A DNA stretch of 64,000 nucleotides, from contig OZ360222.1 in NCBI GenBank assembly GCA_977017645.1, positions 230,330,001 through 230,394,000 of the forward strand, written 5' to 3'. The stretch is from Torpedo marmorata. Its lineage: Eukaryota. A program made the position numbers and the translations under genes. The notes under the pieces are model-generated. The model ran no database searches, was not told the origin of the DNA, and worked only from the letters and a program-made list of their open reading frames with translations. Below are positions 22,611-36,167 of the stretch, piece by piece (within the stretch, counting starts at the first letter, position 1; each line of letters begins with the position of its first letter).

Positions 22611-24929
22611 AATCTAACGTGATTCGGAGAGTGGGTCGTGGAAACAATAGCATGCCTGCTGACAAACTTATAATTAACTTGTATCTGGCTACACCATTCC
22701 GTCAATATGATCACCAAGTTACGTAAGCAAGGGTTGAGATGTCTTCCAAAAATGGGGGTATTTGATGACTCTAAATGAGACATAGAGAAGAGGATAAAAG
22801 GTTTGTGATGTTATTGAATAAGGAACAGTACTTGTTTCAGATGTCATTAAAGGAAGCATAAAAAATAGATGCAGCCTGCAAAATGTAAATACAGGGAGTC
22901 CTCGTTGATCTGGGAGGAAAATAGAACTTCCAGTCAGATACTGATGACAAATGGTATGATGTCATTTGAGAAACTGTTAGGCATTGTCATGTAAGAATAT
23001 TCTTTTCCTAGATGGATGAACTAATTGGCCTTCCACCCCTATATCAATCTTTGCTGTATATTTACCTCTGACAGTGCGGTGGGGAAACTTGGAAATTTTA
23101 CTCTTTCTGTCATTTAACTAATTGATAGGTCTAAATGTAAGGTCTGAACTCAATTTTCATTATTGTGCTCTTCCCTCCATCGAATTGTGCACTTTTTTCC
23201 TTGATTGCATTGACAGCCATTAAAGGGGAATATGATCAAGATTTTTTAAAGTAGTTTTAGAATGGGAGCTATTTTAGTACAGCAGTGAGATCAGAGCTGA
23301 GATTTGTCTTGGCAATCATTTTTCATATTTTAGAGGTTTACTTATTTTTTTGTTTTAGAGGTGGTGCTCAAAGCTCCCCTTTGTAATTGGTTTCCGAATG
23401 CTTACTTCATTTCTCTTTTGCTATGTTTATGTTGTTTTCTTGAAAATGTAATTTAATTGTTAGTTTAATTTACTATACATGTGCTGTTCATGTCATCATT
23501 CTCATGCCTAGGAATTGTCCATATCCCAGGTAAAAGTTTAGTGACACGGACTTTGTATTATCCATTATTGAGGAACCAACAGTTCCTTTGTGCTTCAAAA
23601 TACAGAGAGAAGTTTGTAATGGCTTATCATGCCTTACTTCATGTTCATTATTCTTTGATAAAAATAATTTAAAAACAAAAATGTTTAAAGTACACGTAAC
23701 TGCTGAAGAATTTAAGTCAATGATCTTTTCTCAATTAAGTTGCATGTACATGGAACCGATTTTAGCTTTGCTGCTTTGGATTACTGCATAATGTTTATGC
23801 TTGTCCTTTCATCTGAATGGAAATAGAAATTAGGGCAGATCTAAAACAACCTGCCAATTTGCTGTCCCCCATTTTACACTATCGTGCAAAGTCAAAATCC
23901 ATCCCATCAGGTGGCATTTAAGGAACTCATCAGAAAACACTAGTTCATGGAAAGCATTCCCTTTATTTGCACTGAGATGACGTAACATTTAAAGCACTGG
24001 TTCTGAAAAAAATGGTGGTATTGAAAGAACCCTTACAGTACAGGAAGAACAGTGGGACAGTCCTGTGGACCCCAACCCCTTCCCTGGAAGTTAGTTCATT
24101 GGAAGTTAGACTCCTGTAGCTGGAAGGTGCAGAAAGTATCTGGCTTGGCTGTGATAGGTCTGACAGTTGAGTTTGCTGGCACAATTGAGAGCAAAGGTAT
24201 ACAGCCAACATCAGCAACATTTGCAACTGTGTCCACCTTTTTGACCAGCTCAGCTGATTAAATCTACCACAGAGTTTTACCTATATATGACAGAACTATT
24301 TACATTGTGTAATGAAACCAGAAGTGCCACTAACCAGATCAACTGTGAAAAAGTTACTAACATGCCCAGAGAGTATTGCTGTCATTTTTTAAAAATTGAT
24401 AAGTCTGTTAAAAACCATTAACTTTAATGCTCACTTTATTTTTCTGCATATTTATTTAAACTACAAGTGCTGATTACATCATTGAGGGATTTTGCTTGCA
24501 AGACCTAGTGTCTATGGAGATGTAACCATTAATCAGGAGTATTCCAATTTTAATTGTATAGCCCAGGTTAATTTTAGGTCCCTTGCACCACTGGGCACAA
24601 AGACTGTTCCAGCCCAATTTATCTACATGATATCACTGTTAAAGAAAAAAAATGTTTTAAATTTAATTTTAGGAGGACAATGATGCATTTAAGGAGCGAC
24701 TAGTACTGAAGGAGAGAGGAATAGAAGAAAATGCTCACCGGATTTGTGTGAAGCATAAAAAAGCAGCTTAGCTCATTCTATCTCTATTGCGAATTGCATG
24801 TAATTATTATTCAATTCTGTTTTTTAAAAAAAAACAATTCAACAAAACATTTTTAAAAATCCTTTGTCCACTTTCCCTTTGCTTTATCCCTCCCCTCCAA
24901 GGCTGGTTAATTATATTGGAGAGTGTTAC

Positions 24930-25170
24930 TAGGGATGCTGGCAGGCTTTCGTGTCCTTTGCCCAAGTGGCCATTCTTCATGTCTGAATCTGGTCGGTGAG
25001 TGCCAGTAAACTCAACTGTCAGACCCATCAGAGCCAAGCCAGATCCTTTCTGCACCTGTCACCCACACAGGCTATCCAGCAGGGGTCACTGGATAGTAAT
25101 CAGGAGTGAGGAATCCAGCCCAGTTTCTGTACTCGCACCAACCTGCCCACATCCTCTTCCCCTCACTCCA
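24930..25170 (-). mobile_element. Ancient SINE-like repeat (AmnSINE2-like from memory); partial opposite-orientation copy at 24110-24185 and a diverged copy near 28790-29060
   Basis: Minus strand tcctgattactatccagtgacccctgctgga...ggcttggctctgatgg...catgaagaatggccacttgggc. Confidence 0.5.
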
Positions 25171-26689
25171 AGCTCAAAGATGTAGGACTAATTGTAGCAA
25201 CAACATTATTTTTAAATAGAACAGCTATGGTTGTTTTTTCCCACATTTGTCATGTCTGAATTAAGCACCTCATCTGGAAATAGAATGAGTCATTTAGGTC
25301 CTGTCAACAAAACATTGCCTTATGTAACTAGCAAGGTTTTAGTAATTATTGTTTCAGTCCTGGTTTGTGCAATGTACTTCTCAGACAAAGTAGTTCTATA
25401 ACTGTTTTGTTTTCTAAAGTCTCACTGTGCAAAATGTTGCCAGAACTGATGGCTGTACTGGTTAATGGGAATGTTAGATATAAAACAATTGTGGTTATAT
25501 ATTTTTCCTGAGCTGTCAGCTACACAAACCAGAAATGAAAACTGCCCTGGCTGCCTGCTGCAGAACTGACATCACTCAGTTCCCTGGAGATATGAGATCA
25601 CAAAAAATGCCAAAGCTATGAATGATTATAATTGTTCAAAGCACAAAAGATTAGAGTGACAGCTTGTTATATGATCTCATCCTCAAGTCCCGTGAGATAT
25701 CTGAGTGGTTTTATTGGGTGTTGCTGAGTAGAGTCTATCCTCTAGCACCAGGCAAGGGGGAAAAGGATGACACGTGAATGTGGCTCTGTCAGATTTGACT
25801 CGTGGTCTATGGACACTGCAGGCAGGTGACTTTTTATTCTTGTTGCAGTGACATCATGCTATCTCTGCAAGGACCCATGGTTTCCATGCCAACTGTTGTG
25901 ATGCAGCTGCTCTTGGTGCAATTTATACCTGAAAATATTTCAGTCACAGCTTTTCAACCAGTCAGATGAAGGAAACCTAACTATCACCCCCCCCCCCCCA
26001 CCCCCATCTGGGTTTGGAGAATAAATTAATCAAAAGTCACAAATGGGGTGGATAAAAAATTTTAAATGCCCATCTCTCTACCAAACAAATTGTTAGTATC
26101 TGAAAAGATAAAAACATTGTATTATTTTAGACTGCTTCCATCGAGGCACATCTTGAGTTCCTGCTAAAGTATTGCTGGTTTTGAGAATAAAAGAACAGTG
26201 TCAAACAAATATGTTTTTAAAAACTCTTGAAAAAAAGGCTTATTAAAGTATTCATTGTAAATTACCTTTGGGGAGAGTTCCAGAGAAATCTGGAACTATC
26301 TCATGTGAGGGAGGGGAGGCTGGTTGTCCCATGTATCTGGGAACTCTGAGGTACAAATGTACAAGAGGGTTTCAGTCACAAAGGGAGAGGGGTGTGGTTG
26401 TAAGTGCACATTTATTTTTAGCTGACATTAAACTATAGAAAACTTAACCTTGTTGGACTTCTGGTTAGCATGGTACTGAGCATAGCAACAGCTTTGTCAG
26501 TTGGTTAAGCCTAGTGAAATTAAATGTCACCAGAATATATTTGATTCTTTGAGGATATTTGACCTGAAAGATTCAGATTACCATTGATGGGAGCAAGATT
26601 GCAGTGGTGGGGCATGTCATTTGATGAGATACCATTTGTAGCAGTTTGTCTTCTGACAGGTAAGAATGAAACCAAAAGAATCTGATGTC

Positions 26690-27045
26690 AGTGGGTCAGA
26701 GTTGTCTTACTGGTGCATTCTCGCATCTGAGTTGGAAGGTTTTGAGTTCAAACCCCAATCCAGAGATTTGAACTAATTCCCCACAGCCCTCTTAAATAGG
26801 ACAACTTGAAAAACAGAAGTGATCTTCTCCTAATGTCCCAGGCAACTTATTTCATGCATTTATTCTTCAAACAATTTTTTTTAAAAAACATCTGATCATT
26901 TAATATATTCTGTTTGAGGGACCTTGTGTAATTTGACCAGTGTTTGCCAATATTGAACCAAATATTATATTGAAAAATGCTTCATTGACCCTGAAGCACT
27001 TCTGCTGCTCTCTAAATATGAAAGACTCTGTATAAATGCAACCTT
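26690..27045 (+). mobile_element. Decayed Deu-domain SINE (SacSINE1/AmnSINE1-like)
   Basis: tRNA-like head gagttcaaacccc, ctcctaatgtcccaggcaac..tctgatcatt..ctgtttgaggg core, tail ctgtataaatgcaa. Confidence 0.5.
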
Positions 27046-27869
27046 GTTATTCAATCGGGATGGACCATGTAACAAACAAGGCATCGGTGAATCTGAGCAA
27101 TCAAAAGTGTTGATGACAATGAGGTGACCAAGGATTGAGAAACAACAATTTTGAACCACAGTGATGGAAGCCGATGAACTCTCTAGGTAGGATCCCTTGT
27201 CACAGCGATATTTATGTCCCTGTTCTGACCTCACCAAACCTGCTGTGTATTTGCAGTGTTTTCACCCAGATCCTGGTATTTGCATTTTCCTCTTAGATAC
27301 ATTAGCTACAAATAATTAATTCCAGTTCTATTTTCCTCCTTTGTTACTTTTACAGGCAAGATGTGATTTATGTAATAGAACTAAACCAACTATAAATTAG
27401 ATATATTAAATAATATTATTCCTTTGTTGAATCCAGAATTCATTCACTTGGATCACTAGTACAGAAAATGGATAATTGAGATGAGATAAAATGAAAGGAA
27501 ACTAGATATTTAATATTTCAGTATTGTAAAATTATTTTATTTATTTCTAAAATAAGGCTCATTATTTACATTTTCAAAAGTGATTCCAATAAAACAAAAA
27601 CAAAATCACATGGGAGCAGATTTTTGATTGGAAGAATTTATTTTCATGAAGGGCACACTTGAATTCAGACCAACCTCAGTTCCCTGAAGTTGAGAGCATT
27701 GAACAATTCTCCAAGACTTAGTACTAAACAGGAAATGTCACAGAGAAGTTTGACTGACCATTGAAATACATATTGTCACATTGATGCAGTAGGGGGCATG
27801 CCTCGTATGTGTGGTGGCAATGTTGATTATTTTTATTATAGAATAAGCATTTGTGTTATAACATTTAGA

Positions 27870-28620
27870 CCATAGAAGCGCACAGTACAGGCCCTTTGGC
27901 CCACAGTGTCGTGCCGACCTAATAACCTACTCTTAACAACTGCCTAGAATTTGCTGCTGCATAACCCTCCATATTTCTCAGTTCCATGTACCTATCTAAT
28001 AATCTCTCAAAAAATCCTAATGTACCTGCCTCCACCACTGTTGCCAACAGCGCATTCCATGTACCCAACACTATGTGAAAAATGTACCTCTTACATCACC
28101 CCTGTACTTACTCCCAAGCACCTTAAAACTATGTCTCCTCGTGTTAGCCCTGGGAAATAGCTTCTGGCCATCCACACAATCAATGTTTCATCATCTTCTA
28201 CACTTCTATCAGGTCACCCCTCATCCTGTCGCTCCAAAGAGAAAAGACCAAGTTCACTCAACCTATCCTCATGAGGCATTTTCTCCAATCCAAGCAACAT
28301 CCTTGTAAATCTCCTCTGCACCCCCTCAATAGCATCCACATCTTTCCTGTAATAAGGTGACCAAAACTGAGCACAATATTCCAAGTGGTGTCTAAACAAG
28401 GTCTTATTATAGCTGCAACATTACCTCACGGCTCTTGAACTCGATCCCACAGTTAATAAAGGCCAACACACCATACGTCAACACTATCAACCTGTGCAGC
28501 AGCTTTGAGTGTCCTATTGATACGGAAACTAAGATCTTTCAGTTCCTTCACTTTGCTCATAGTCTGCCCTTTAACATTGTATTCTGCCTTCAGCCTGTCC
28601 TACTGAAATGATTTAACTGA
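27870..28620 (-). mobile_element. Decayed CR1 3' fragment
   Basis: ORF 28214-28399 HLEYCAQFWSPYYRKDVDAIEGVQRRFTRML; CR1 tail caggccctttggccc. Confidence 0.85.
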
Positions 28621-29084
28621 TCTGCAAACAATAAGAATAACTAAATATTGGTATTAAAGGAATGTGATTCATTTACACAAGTGCTTCCAAGACAATGTTT
28701 GTGCTACTGAAACTTCACAATCTTGAAATAGTATCTTCTTGAAAAAATAGTTAATAAACACTTTTTGGATGACGTTGTGGATCTGAATGCACCATGTGGT
28801 GTAAGGTTACTGATCATTGCAGACAAGAGAGCACCAGGTTTGATCCAAGCTGTATGGATGCAACAGATGGATGGGGAAATTGATCAAGGTTTTTTGTCCT
28901 GATTACAGAGTTATTACTAACCTTGGATAGAAAGTGTGTATGTGTCCATACAGAGTGAGGAAAAGGTATGATTCAATGTTCTGGACTCACATAAACCACA
29001 ACTACCTCACCAAAATAACCCAGTGATTGGCTGTGGAGCTGTACCCTGCAGCATTTCAAAGAAAAAAGGATAAAGTTTGAAGTA

Positions 29085-29690
29085 AGTCAAGGTCAAGGTT
29101 CCTTTTTATTGTCACGGTATAATACATTTAAAATGTAATATTCGTGATATACTTCAACTTTTGTCTGCCATAAGGCAAACAAAAAGCTGACGTGAGTATT
29201 GCCGGCGCCCCTAAGAAGAGGAGAAAGAAAAGCAAAGAGAGTCCCTTCAGATACACAGAGTGTCCGTGGATTTGCCTCCAGCACTCCCACAGTCTCTGCA
29301 GCTGCACAGTCTCTAGTTCACACCATCGGCAACACAAGCTCCAGATCCAAACCTCCAATACGATCAGGAAGACTTCAGCATCCGAGGCCCCTCGAGAGCC
29401 CTTCTTGCCCTCAGCACCCACTCAAATGCCGGTTCTGATACCTGGTTCACATGAGCCAGTCTCCAACAGCCCGCAGCCTTTGTAGGTCTTTCGACCGCAA
29501 GTGACCTGCAGCCTGTGTGGGTGCTTCAGCTGCTGAGCACCTTGCTAGTCTGCTGCAGTGGTCACCATCCTGTAGTGTCATCTCCTATGCTTCTCCTTCT
29601 CAATTAGGGGTGTTCTCCCCTTTCTGGTGCCCTTCACCAGTCTTTAGCTCCCCTAGAGTTGGCAAACCCTCGTGGTACACTGCCCAGCAC
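29085..29690 (-). mobile_element. Diverged copy 4 of the ~820-bp non-coding repeat
   Basis: Reverse of gtgactctggggggactctcttttgcttctc and tail gtgacaataaaaaggaaccttgaccttga. Confidence 0.65.
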
Positions 29691-29874
29691 AGGTAAGTAA
29701 TGGCAGAAGCACATGTCTCAGGTTGCAACACTGAAATATCATTCCTAGGCAATCAAAGTTTGACCTGTTTTCCAGGAGTTACTTGATATAGTAGCAAACA
29801 GACACAATAGATTCGATTTTGGGCCACTAATTACAGCTGAAGTGATGGAACCAGCTTGGGTATATGAGGTTTTT

Positions 29875-29985
29875 CCCCTCATACCTTGAGGAAGGGCTCA
29901 GGCCAGAAACGTCGGTAATATATCTTTACCTCCTATGGATGCTGCGAGACTGGCTGAGTTCATCCAACATTTCTGTATTTGGGCA
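29875..29985 (+). mobile_element. Penelope-derived pLTR fragment with degenerate hammerhead
   Basis: ccttgaggaagggctcaggccagaaacgtcggt ... ggctgagttcatccaacatt. Confidence 0.65.
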
Positions 29986-30428
29986 TACACTGAAGACACT
30001 TCTTACAACTGAGTAATATTTTTTTATGTTATCTGGGCAAACACTGGAATTAGGACACATCATGTTTGGTAAAATAGAAGGAAAAGGAGGAGGAAGGCAA
30101 CAAACAAAATAATTGATTAGATCAGAGAAGCAACTGTGTGATTGGTCTTGGATCATCTTAGGCAGAGCACAGGATAAGACACTAATGGCACCTCACCAAC
30201 TGACAGAATATTGTTTGAAAGCACCTTTTGGTTTATATGTTGAAAAGAAACGTAAAATGTAAAGCTCTTCTTCATTTTAAATTAAATTGAACTTTCTGGT
30301 GCCCTTCAGAGCAAAATGTTATTGGAAAAATGCATGTATATAGCTGAAATAATAGTATCAAGTCACTTTAAAGACAAATATAAATATATTTTATTTACAG
30401 AATTAAATATTTTAAACTGTTTTTGCAG

Positions 30429-30578
30429 GGATCTCTTTACCTTCTAATAGAGGAAGTGAGCCAATTATTGAGGTCCTTGATTCCTATCCAGCTATGGTAC
30501 AAGTGCATCATGGAAGGAGAATCAACCAATAGTTATATATTGGAAGGCACCCTCATTGTTCTGTATAGTCTTTGCAAG
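30429..30578 (+). CDS. RNFT2: RNFT2 coding exon (GSLYLLIEEVSQLLRSLIPIQLWYKCIMEGESTNSYILEGTLIVLYSLCK)
   Basis: ttttgcAG / GTGAAT; 150 nt; matches recalled human GKFYLVIEELSQLFRSLVPIQLWYKYIMG...VLYSLCK. Confidence 0.94.
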
Positions 30579-31003
30579 GTGAATAAACTGAAGATGGCTG
30601 ATTAAATCATTATCATTTTTGTCCAGTGATTGCAAAAGATTTATTTTTTACCTTGATTTGTTCTGTTTACATGGAATTAATTCAGAATTGCTTTTGAGAA
30701 TTCAAAAAAAATAGATCTATTGTAATATTTTTAGGACAACAATTATTTTCACTAAGTAATTGCAAAACCATCACAAAAAAGTTCAATTTGCCATATTTAC
30801 ATTTTAATACTTTTTCAGAGAAGACTCATTTTGTATTGTTTATATCAAGTCTATAAATGATGGGTTTTTTTTTAATATTTACCTTAGTGATGTCACTACA
30901 AGTAACAAAACTAGATCACATTTTATTGTGTGTTGCTTTGACATTTTTTCCAAAAAAACAATGTTTGACCAGTAGCATATTCTCTCTTTCTAACATGCTG
31001 CAG

Positions 31004-31069
31004 TTCCTGGATGTCTGTGGTCGAGTAGGTGGTTTGCGAAAGGCCTTGAAAACCTTGTGTAAATCACAG
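31004..31069 (+). CDS. RNFT2: RNFT2 coding exon (FLDVCGRVGGLRKALKTLCKSQ)
   Basis: ctgcAG / GTAATT; 66 nt; matches SFDICGRVGGVRKALKLLCTSQ. Confidence 0.93.
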
Positions 31070-31402
31070 GTAATTTATCAACAACAGTGGCAATAGTTTT
31101 CAAATCTGCCAGGCATTTTCTTGCAAAGGGGAAGGGAATATGCTAGGGCGCTTCACCCTGTACTCTTGCGGCACAACTGGTGGTCGTTCACAAGGTAAAG
31201 GAACAGAAGTAGGCCATTCGGCCCATCGAGTCTGTTCCGCAAGTTAACAAAGACATGACAGAACGCTCCTTATCCCTGTCTCTCACTGAAAATCCAGGGG
31301 TGCCCAAAGGTGATGAGATAAACAACATTGTTTCTTTATGAATTCTGAACTGTATGAGGTGTTTTGGTGCATTTTTCATTAAATTGTTCAGTGTTCCAAA
31401 AT

Positions 31403-33945
31403 TGTCAGTAAAAGGGCACAGGCAGAGCTCCATTAGTAGGGGGAAGGGCAGAGCTCTGATGGTCAGTGACAGGACACGGGCAGAGTTCTGATGGTCAGTG
31501 ATATGGCACAGGCAGAGTTCTGATGGTAAGGGCAAGGACACAGTCAGATGTTCGATGGTCATTGACAGGGCACACGCAGAGTTCTGATGGTCAGTGACAG
31601 GGCACACGCAGAGTTCTGATGGTCAGTGACAGGGCACACACAGAGTTCCGATGGTCAGTGACAGGGCACACGCAGAGTTCTGATGGTCAGTGACAGGGCA
31701 CACGCAGAGTTATGATGGTCAGTGACAGGGCACACGCAGAGTTCTGATGGTCACTGACAGGGCACATGCAGAGCTCTGATGGTCAGTGACAGGGCACACG
31801 CAGAGTTCTGATGGTCAGTGACAGGGCACACGCAGAGTTCTGATGGTCAGTGACAGGGCACACGCAGAGTTCTGATGGTCACAGGGCACACGCAGAGTTC
31901 CAATGGTCAGTGCAAGGGCACACGCAGAGTTCTGATGGTCAGTGACAGGGCACACGCAGAGTTCTGATGGTCAGTGACAGGGCACACGCAGAGTTCCGAT
32001 GGTCAGTGACAGGGCACACGCAGAGTTCTGATGGTCAGTGACAGGGCACACGCAGAGTTCTGATGGTCAGTGACAGGGCACACGCAGAGTTCCGATGGTC
32101 AGTGACAGGGCACACGCAGAGTTCTGATGGTCAGTGACAGGGCACACGCAGAGTTCTGATGGTCAGTGACAGGGCACACGCAGAGTTCCGATGGTCAGTG
32201 ACAGGGCACACGCAGAGTTCCGATGGTCAGGGCACAGGGCAGAGTTCTGATGGTCAGTGACAGGGCAGAGTTCTGATGGTCAGTGACAGGGCAGAGTTCT
32301 GATGGTCAGTGACAGGGCACACGCAGAGTTCTGATGGTCAGTGCAAGGGCACACACAGAGTTCCGATGGTCAGTGACAGGGCACACGCAGAGTTCTGATG
32401 GTCAGTGATATGGCACAGGCAGAGTTCTGATGGTAAGGGCAAGGACACAGTCAGATGTTCGATGGTCATTGACAGGGCACACGCAGAGTTCTGATGGTCA
32501 GTGACAGGGCACACGCAGAGTTCTGATGGTCAGTGACAGGGCACACACAGAGTTCTGATGGTCATTGACAGGGCACACGCAGAGTTCTGATGGTCAGTGA
32601 CAGGGCACACGCAGAGTTCTGATGGTCAGTGACAGGGCACAGGCAGAGTTCTGATGGTCATTGACAGGGCACACGCAGAGTTCTGATGGTCAGTGACAGG
32701 GCACACGCAGAGTTCTGATGGTCATTGACGGCACACGCAGAGTTCCGATGGTCATTGACAGGGCACACGCAGAGTTCTGATGGTCATTGACGGCACACGC
32801 AGAGTTCCGATGGTCAGTGACAGGACACACACAGAGTTCCGATGGTCAGTGACAGGACACAGGGCAGAGTTCTGATGGTCAGTGACAGGGCACACGCAGA
32901 GTTCTGATGGTCATTGACGGCACACGCAGAGTTCTGATGGTCATTGACAGGGCAGAGTTCTGATGGTCAGTGACAGGGCAGAGTTCCGATGGTCATTGAC
33001 AGGGCACACGCAGAGTTCTGATGGTCAGTGACAGGACACACGCAGAGTTCCGATGGTCAGTGACAGGACACACGCAGAGTTCTGATGGTCAGTGACAGGA
33101 CACACGCAGAGTTCTGATGGTCAGTGACAGGGCACACGCAGAGTTCCGATGGTCACTGACAGGGCACATGCAGAGCTCTGATGGTCAGTGACAGGGCACA
33201 CGCAGAGTTCTGATGGTCAGTGACAGGGCACACGCAGAGTTCCGATGGTCAGTGACAGGACACAGGGCAGAGTTCCGATGGTCAGTGACAGGACACACGC
33301 AGAGTTCTGATGGTCAGTGATATGGCACACGCAGAGTTCCGATGGTCAGTGACAGGACACGGGCAGAGGTCTGATGGTCAGTGACCGGACACAGTCAGAG
33401 TTCCGATGGTCAGTGACAGGACACAGTCAGAGTTCCGATGGTCAGTGACAGGACACAGTCAGAGGTCTGATGGTCAGTGACAGGGCACACGCAGAGTTCC
33501 GATGGTCAGTGACAGGACACAGGGCAGAGTTCCGATGGTCAGTGACAGGACACACGCAGAGTTCCGATGGTCAGTGATATGGCACACGCAGAGTTCCGAT
33601 GGTCAGTGACAGGACACGGGCAGAGGTCTGATGGTCAGTGACCGGACACTGTCAGAGTTCCGATGGTCAGTGACAGGACACAGTCAGAGTTCCGATGGTC
33701 AGTGACAGGACACAGTCAGAGGTCTGATGGTTAGTGACAGGACACGGGCAGAGGTCCGATGGTCAGTGACAGGGCACACGCAGAGTTCTGATGGTAAGGG
33801 CAAGGACACCGTCAGAGTTCCGATGGTCAGTGACAGGACACAGTCAGAGGTTCGATGGTCAGTGACAGGACACAGTCAGAGGTCTGATGGTTAGTGACTG
33901 GACACAGGCAGAGGTCCGATAGTCAGTGACAGGACACGGGCAAAG
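31403..33945. repeat. Intronic minisatellite, unit about 32 bp GCAGAGTTCTGATGGTCAGTGACAGGGCACAC, roughly 80 copies
   Basis: Direct tandem reading with variant units (26-bp deletions; GGACACAGTCAG variants toward the 3' end). Confidence 0.97.
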
Positions 33946-35011
33946 CGCCTGAAAATATTTGAACCAAGGCAGCATAAAATGTGTCCTCTCGCTTTGGTAT
34001 GAATTTTTTGCTCTCCCTTTGGAGCAAGTCGTTACAAGTATGAGAGTACAGTGGTTAGAGAACTGGAATGGAAACTTAAGGCGTCAGGAACTCAAATCTT
34101 ATTATGATGGCGAATTCCGTAAATCTGCTAATTTGTGACGTGGGCAAATTAACAATGGCAATGAACACTGAGAGATTGTTCAAAAAAGACAGCTAATACA
34201 CAAATATCTTTGAGGAAAGGAAAGCCAGGCTGGGCAGCTTTATCCGGCATGGACTCTTCGCACGGATGGACTTATCTGTGCTGCCACGATTCTGTAGGTC
34301 AGGATCTCTACCAGCACTGACCGCGGTTTCAGTCTCTCCCCGTGCGATTGACTTCTGATGCTCTCGGAAGCGGCCTAGAAAGCCACTCATGTAAGGCAAT
34401 TGCCTCAGAGCGACCACGGAGAGATGATAAATGGAATTGGCAAAATGCTCACGAGCAGGTCACAAGGACTCGGAGTATGGTAAAGACATAATCAAGAAGA
34501 AAATAAAATTTAAGTGGGACCAAGAAAAAGTATCACTCAGATTAGCTATCATTGCAAAAAACGTATGGTATTTTACAACATAATTGATGTCCAGGACTAA
34601 AAGCCGCATGAATTTTACAGCCACTGATGTAATCTTCAATTCCAGTGGAGGCTTACGTGATGGGTTTGAACGGATTCTATTCTAATCAGGTTACATAGCG
34701 CTGACTTCAAAATTATGGAAGGGTCTTTGGTATTGCAGCACAGTTAACATTATGTCAGCTCACTTCGTTTTTCTTTAGATTTATTTCTTATTTGGGCCAT
34801 TGGCTAACTTTGTATCCTCATCACCAGCCTCCCAAATACATTGTCAGAAGCTGCCAGAGGACAGAAACAAAGTATAAAAACACGAGAAGTCCAGAATCAA
34901 GAGAGCGTTATACATTAACGCCTTGGTGTTGGCACAATCTGAATCTTTTTTTTTTATTCGAAATAGCAATATTAAAGCTGTGCTCATTGCAACTGCCTTC
35001 TTTTCTGGTAG

Positions 35012-35113
35012 AGGTGTGGCGTGCGAGCTACCAGCCAGCAGTCCAGCGAAGCCGGGGATATCTGTCCGATCTGCCAGGCGGAATTTCGAGAACCTGTAGT
35101 GCTGATATGCCAG
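35012..35113 (+). CDS. RNFT2: RNFT2 coding exon, RING N-half (RCGVRATSQQSSEAGDICPICQAEFREPVVLICQ)
   Basis: ttttctggtAG / GTACGG; 102 nt; CxxC...C of a C3HC4 RING. Confidence 0.94.
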
Positions 35114-36032
35114 GTACGGGAGAGGAAAATAAGGTGTGTGTGTGTGTGTGTACCAATCCTTCCCCTGTCTGGCTTTGATCGAGTCCCCCTCAGCAAAACG
35201 CTGATCAAGGTGAGCGATCGATTTTTTTTAGAAATGGACAAGGTCGCTAAACAACAGCCCATTCAGTGTGAAAATGGTCAAATCACTGGTGCGTGGCATT
35301 AGGAACCGGAAGACATGTTCTTCAAATGTTCAGTCTGAAATTTTGGGATGGGTAGAACAAGCAAGAGCCTTTCCCGCTACAGTGCGCAAGGGAAAAGACT
35401 CAGCAGGCCAAGAGGCTCTCTGAAGGGAGAAACAAGGCAGGTTTCAGGTCGATGGCCCTTTAAAAAAAAAAAGTTGACATAGTTTTTCTCTCCGCAGACA
35501 CTGTCCTGTCTGTTGAGTGTTGCTAACGCCTGCCTTTATTTTGGTGATTATAGGTTTGGCCTTCACAGAAGTTATTTTTGGAAGATAGGTTCGGCGGAAA
35601 CCTAAATATGGTTTAAAAGCATGGCGTGGTACCGAGAGTAGATAAGCAAGGTAGTTCTGAGCTGCAGGTAGAGTGTGTACATGCGTAGCTTGCAACGTGT
35701 ATTCAAAGCAACGTGATTAAATCTGTACTTCGACGGTTTTAATTCTTACGCGAGAATGCACTGGAAAGACCAATCAAGAGCCTTCTTAAGATGTGAAGTT
35801 TTGGCAGAGAATAGAGAGCGTACCCGCAACCCTTCTCCCCCATTCCCCTTCAAAATAAACCCTTTTGCTGAAAAGAGAATTGATTTTTGCGTTGTGGTCG
35901 GGAGATCAACAGTGCGGACTTATTGTGGCATGGTTTGGGTGACCTTGCGTTCACTTACCTGCGGTTTTTATTGTGGAGATGGTGCTTCATTTTTATGTGC
36001 ATCTCTTCTCCTCCTGGCTGCTCAAATGCTAG

Positions 36033-36167
36033 CACGTCTTCTGCGACGAGTGCGCCTGCCTGTGGTTCGACCGAGAGAGGAGCTGTCCATTGTGCCGAGC
36101 CTTTGTTACCGAAACCGTGCGCTGTTGGAAGGATGGAACCACTTCGGCGCACTTCCAGGTGTATTGA
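36033..36167 (+). CDS. RNFT2: RNFT2 last coding exon, RING C-half (HVFCDECACLWFDRERSCPLCRAFVTETVRCWKDGTTSAHFQVY*)
   Basis: tgctAG acceptor; H-xx-CxxC...CPLC; C-terminus WKDG.TSAHFQVY as in RNFT2; TGA 36165-36167. Confidence 0.95.
   Translation, partial: HVFCDECACLWFDRERSCPLCRAFVTETVRCWKDGTTSAHFQVY

Noticed and set aside
31403-33945. CRISPR-like array of ~32-bp repeats
   Set aside because: Units are directly adjacent with no unique spacers, there are no cas genes, and the context is a vertebrate intron; it is a minisatellite.
2935-36167. Assignment as RNFT1 instead of RNFT2
   Set aside because: Peptides such as PIQLWYK, CGRVGG.RKALK and TSAHFQVY, plus HRK-FBXW8 synteny, fit RNFT2.
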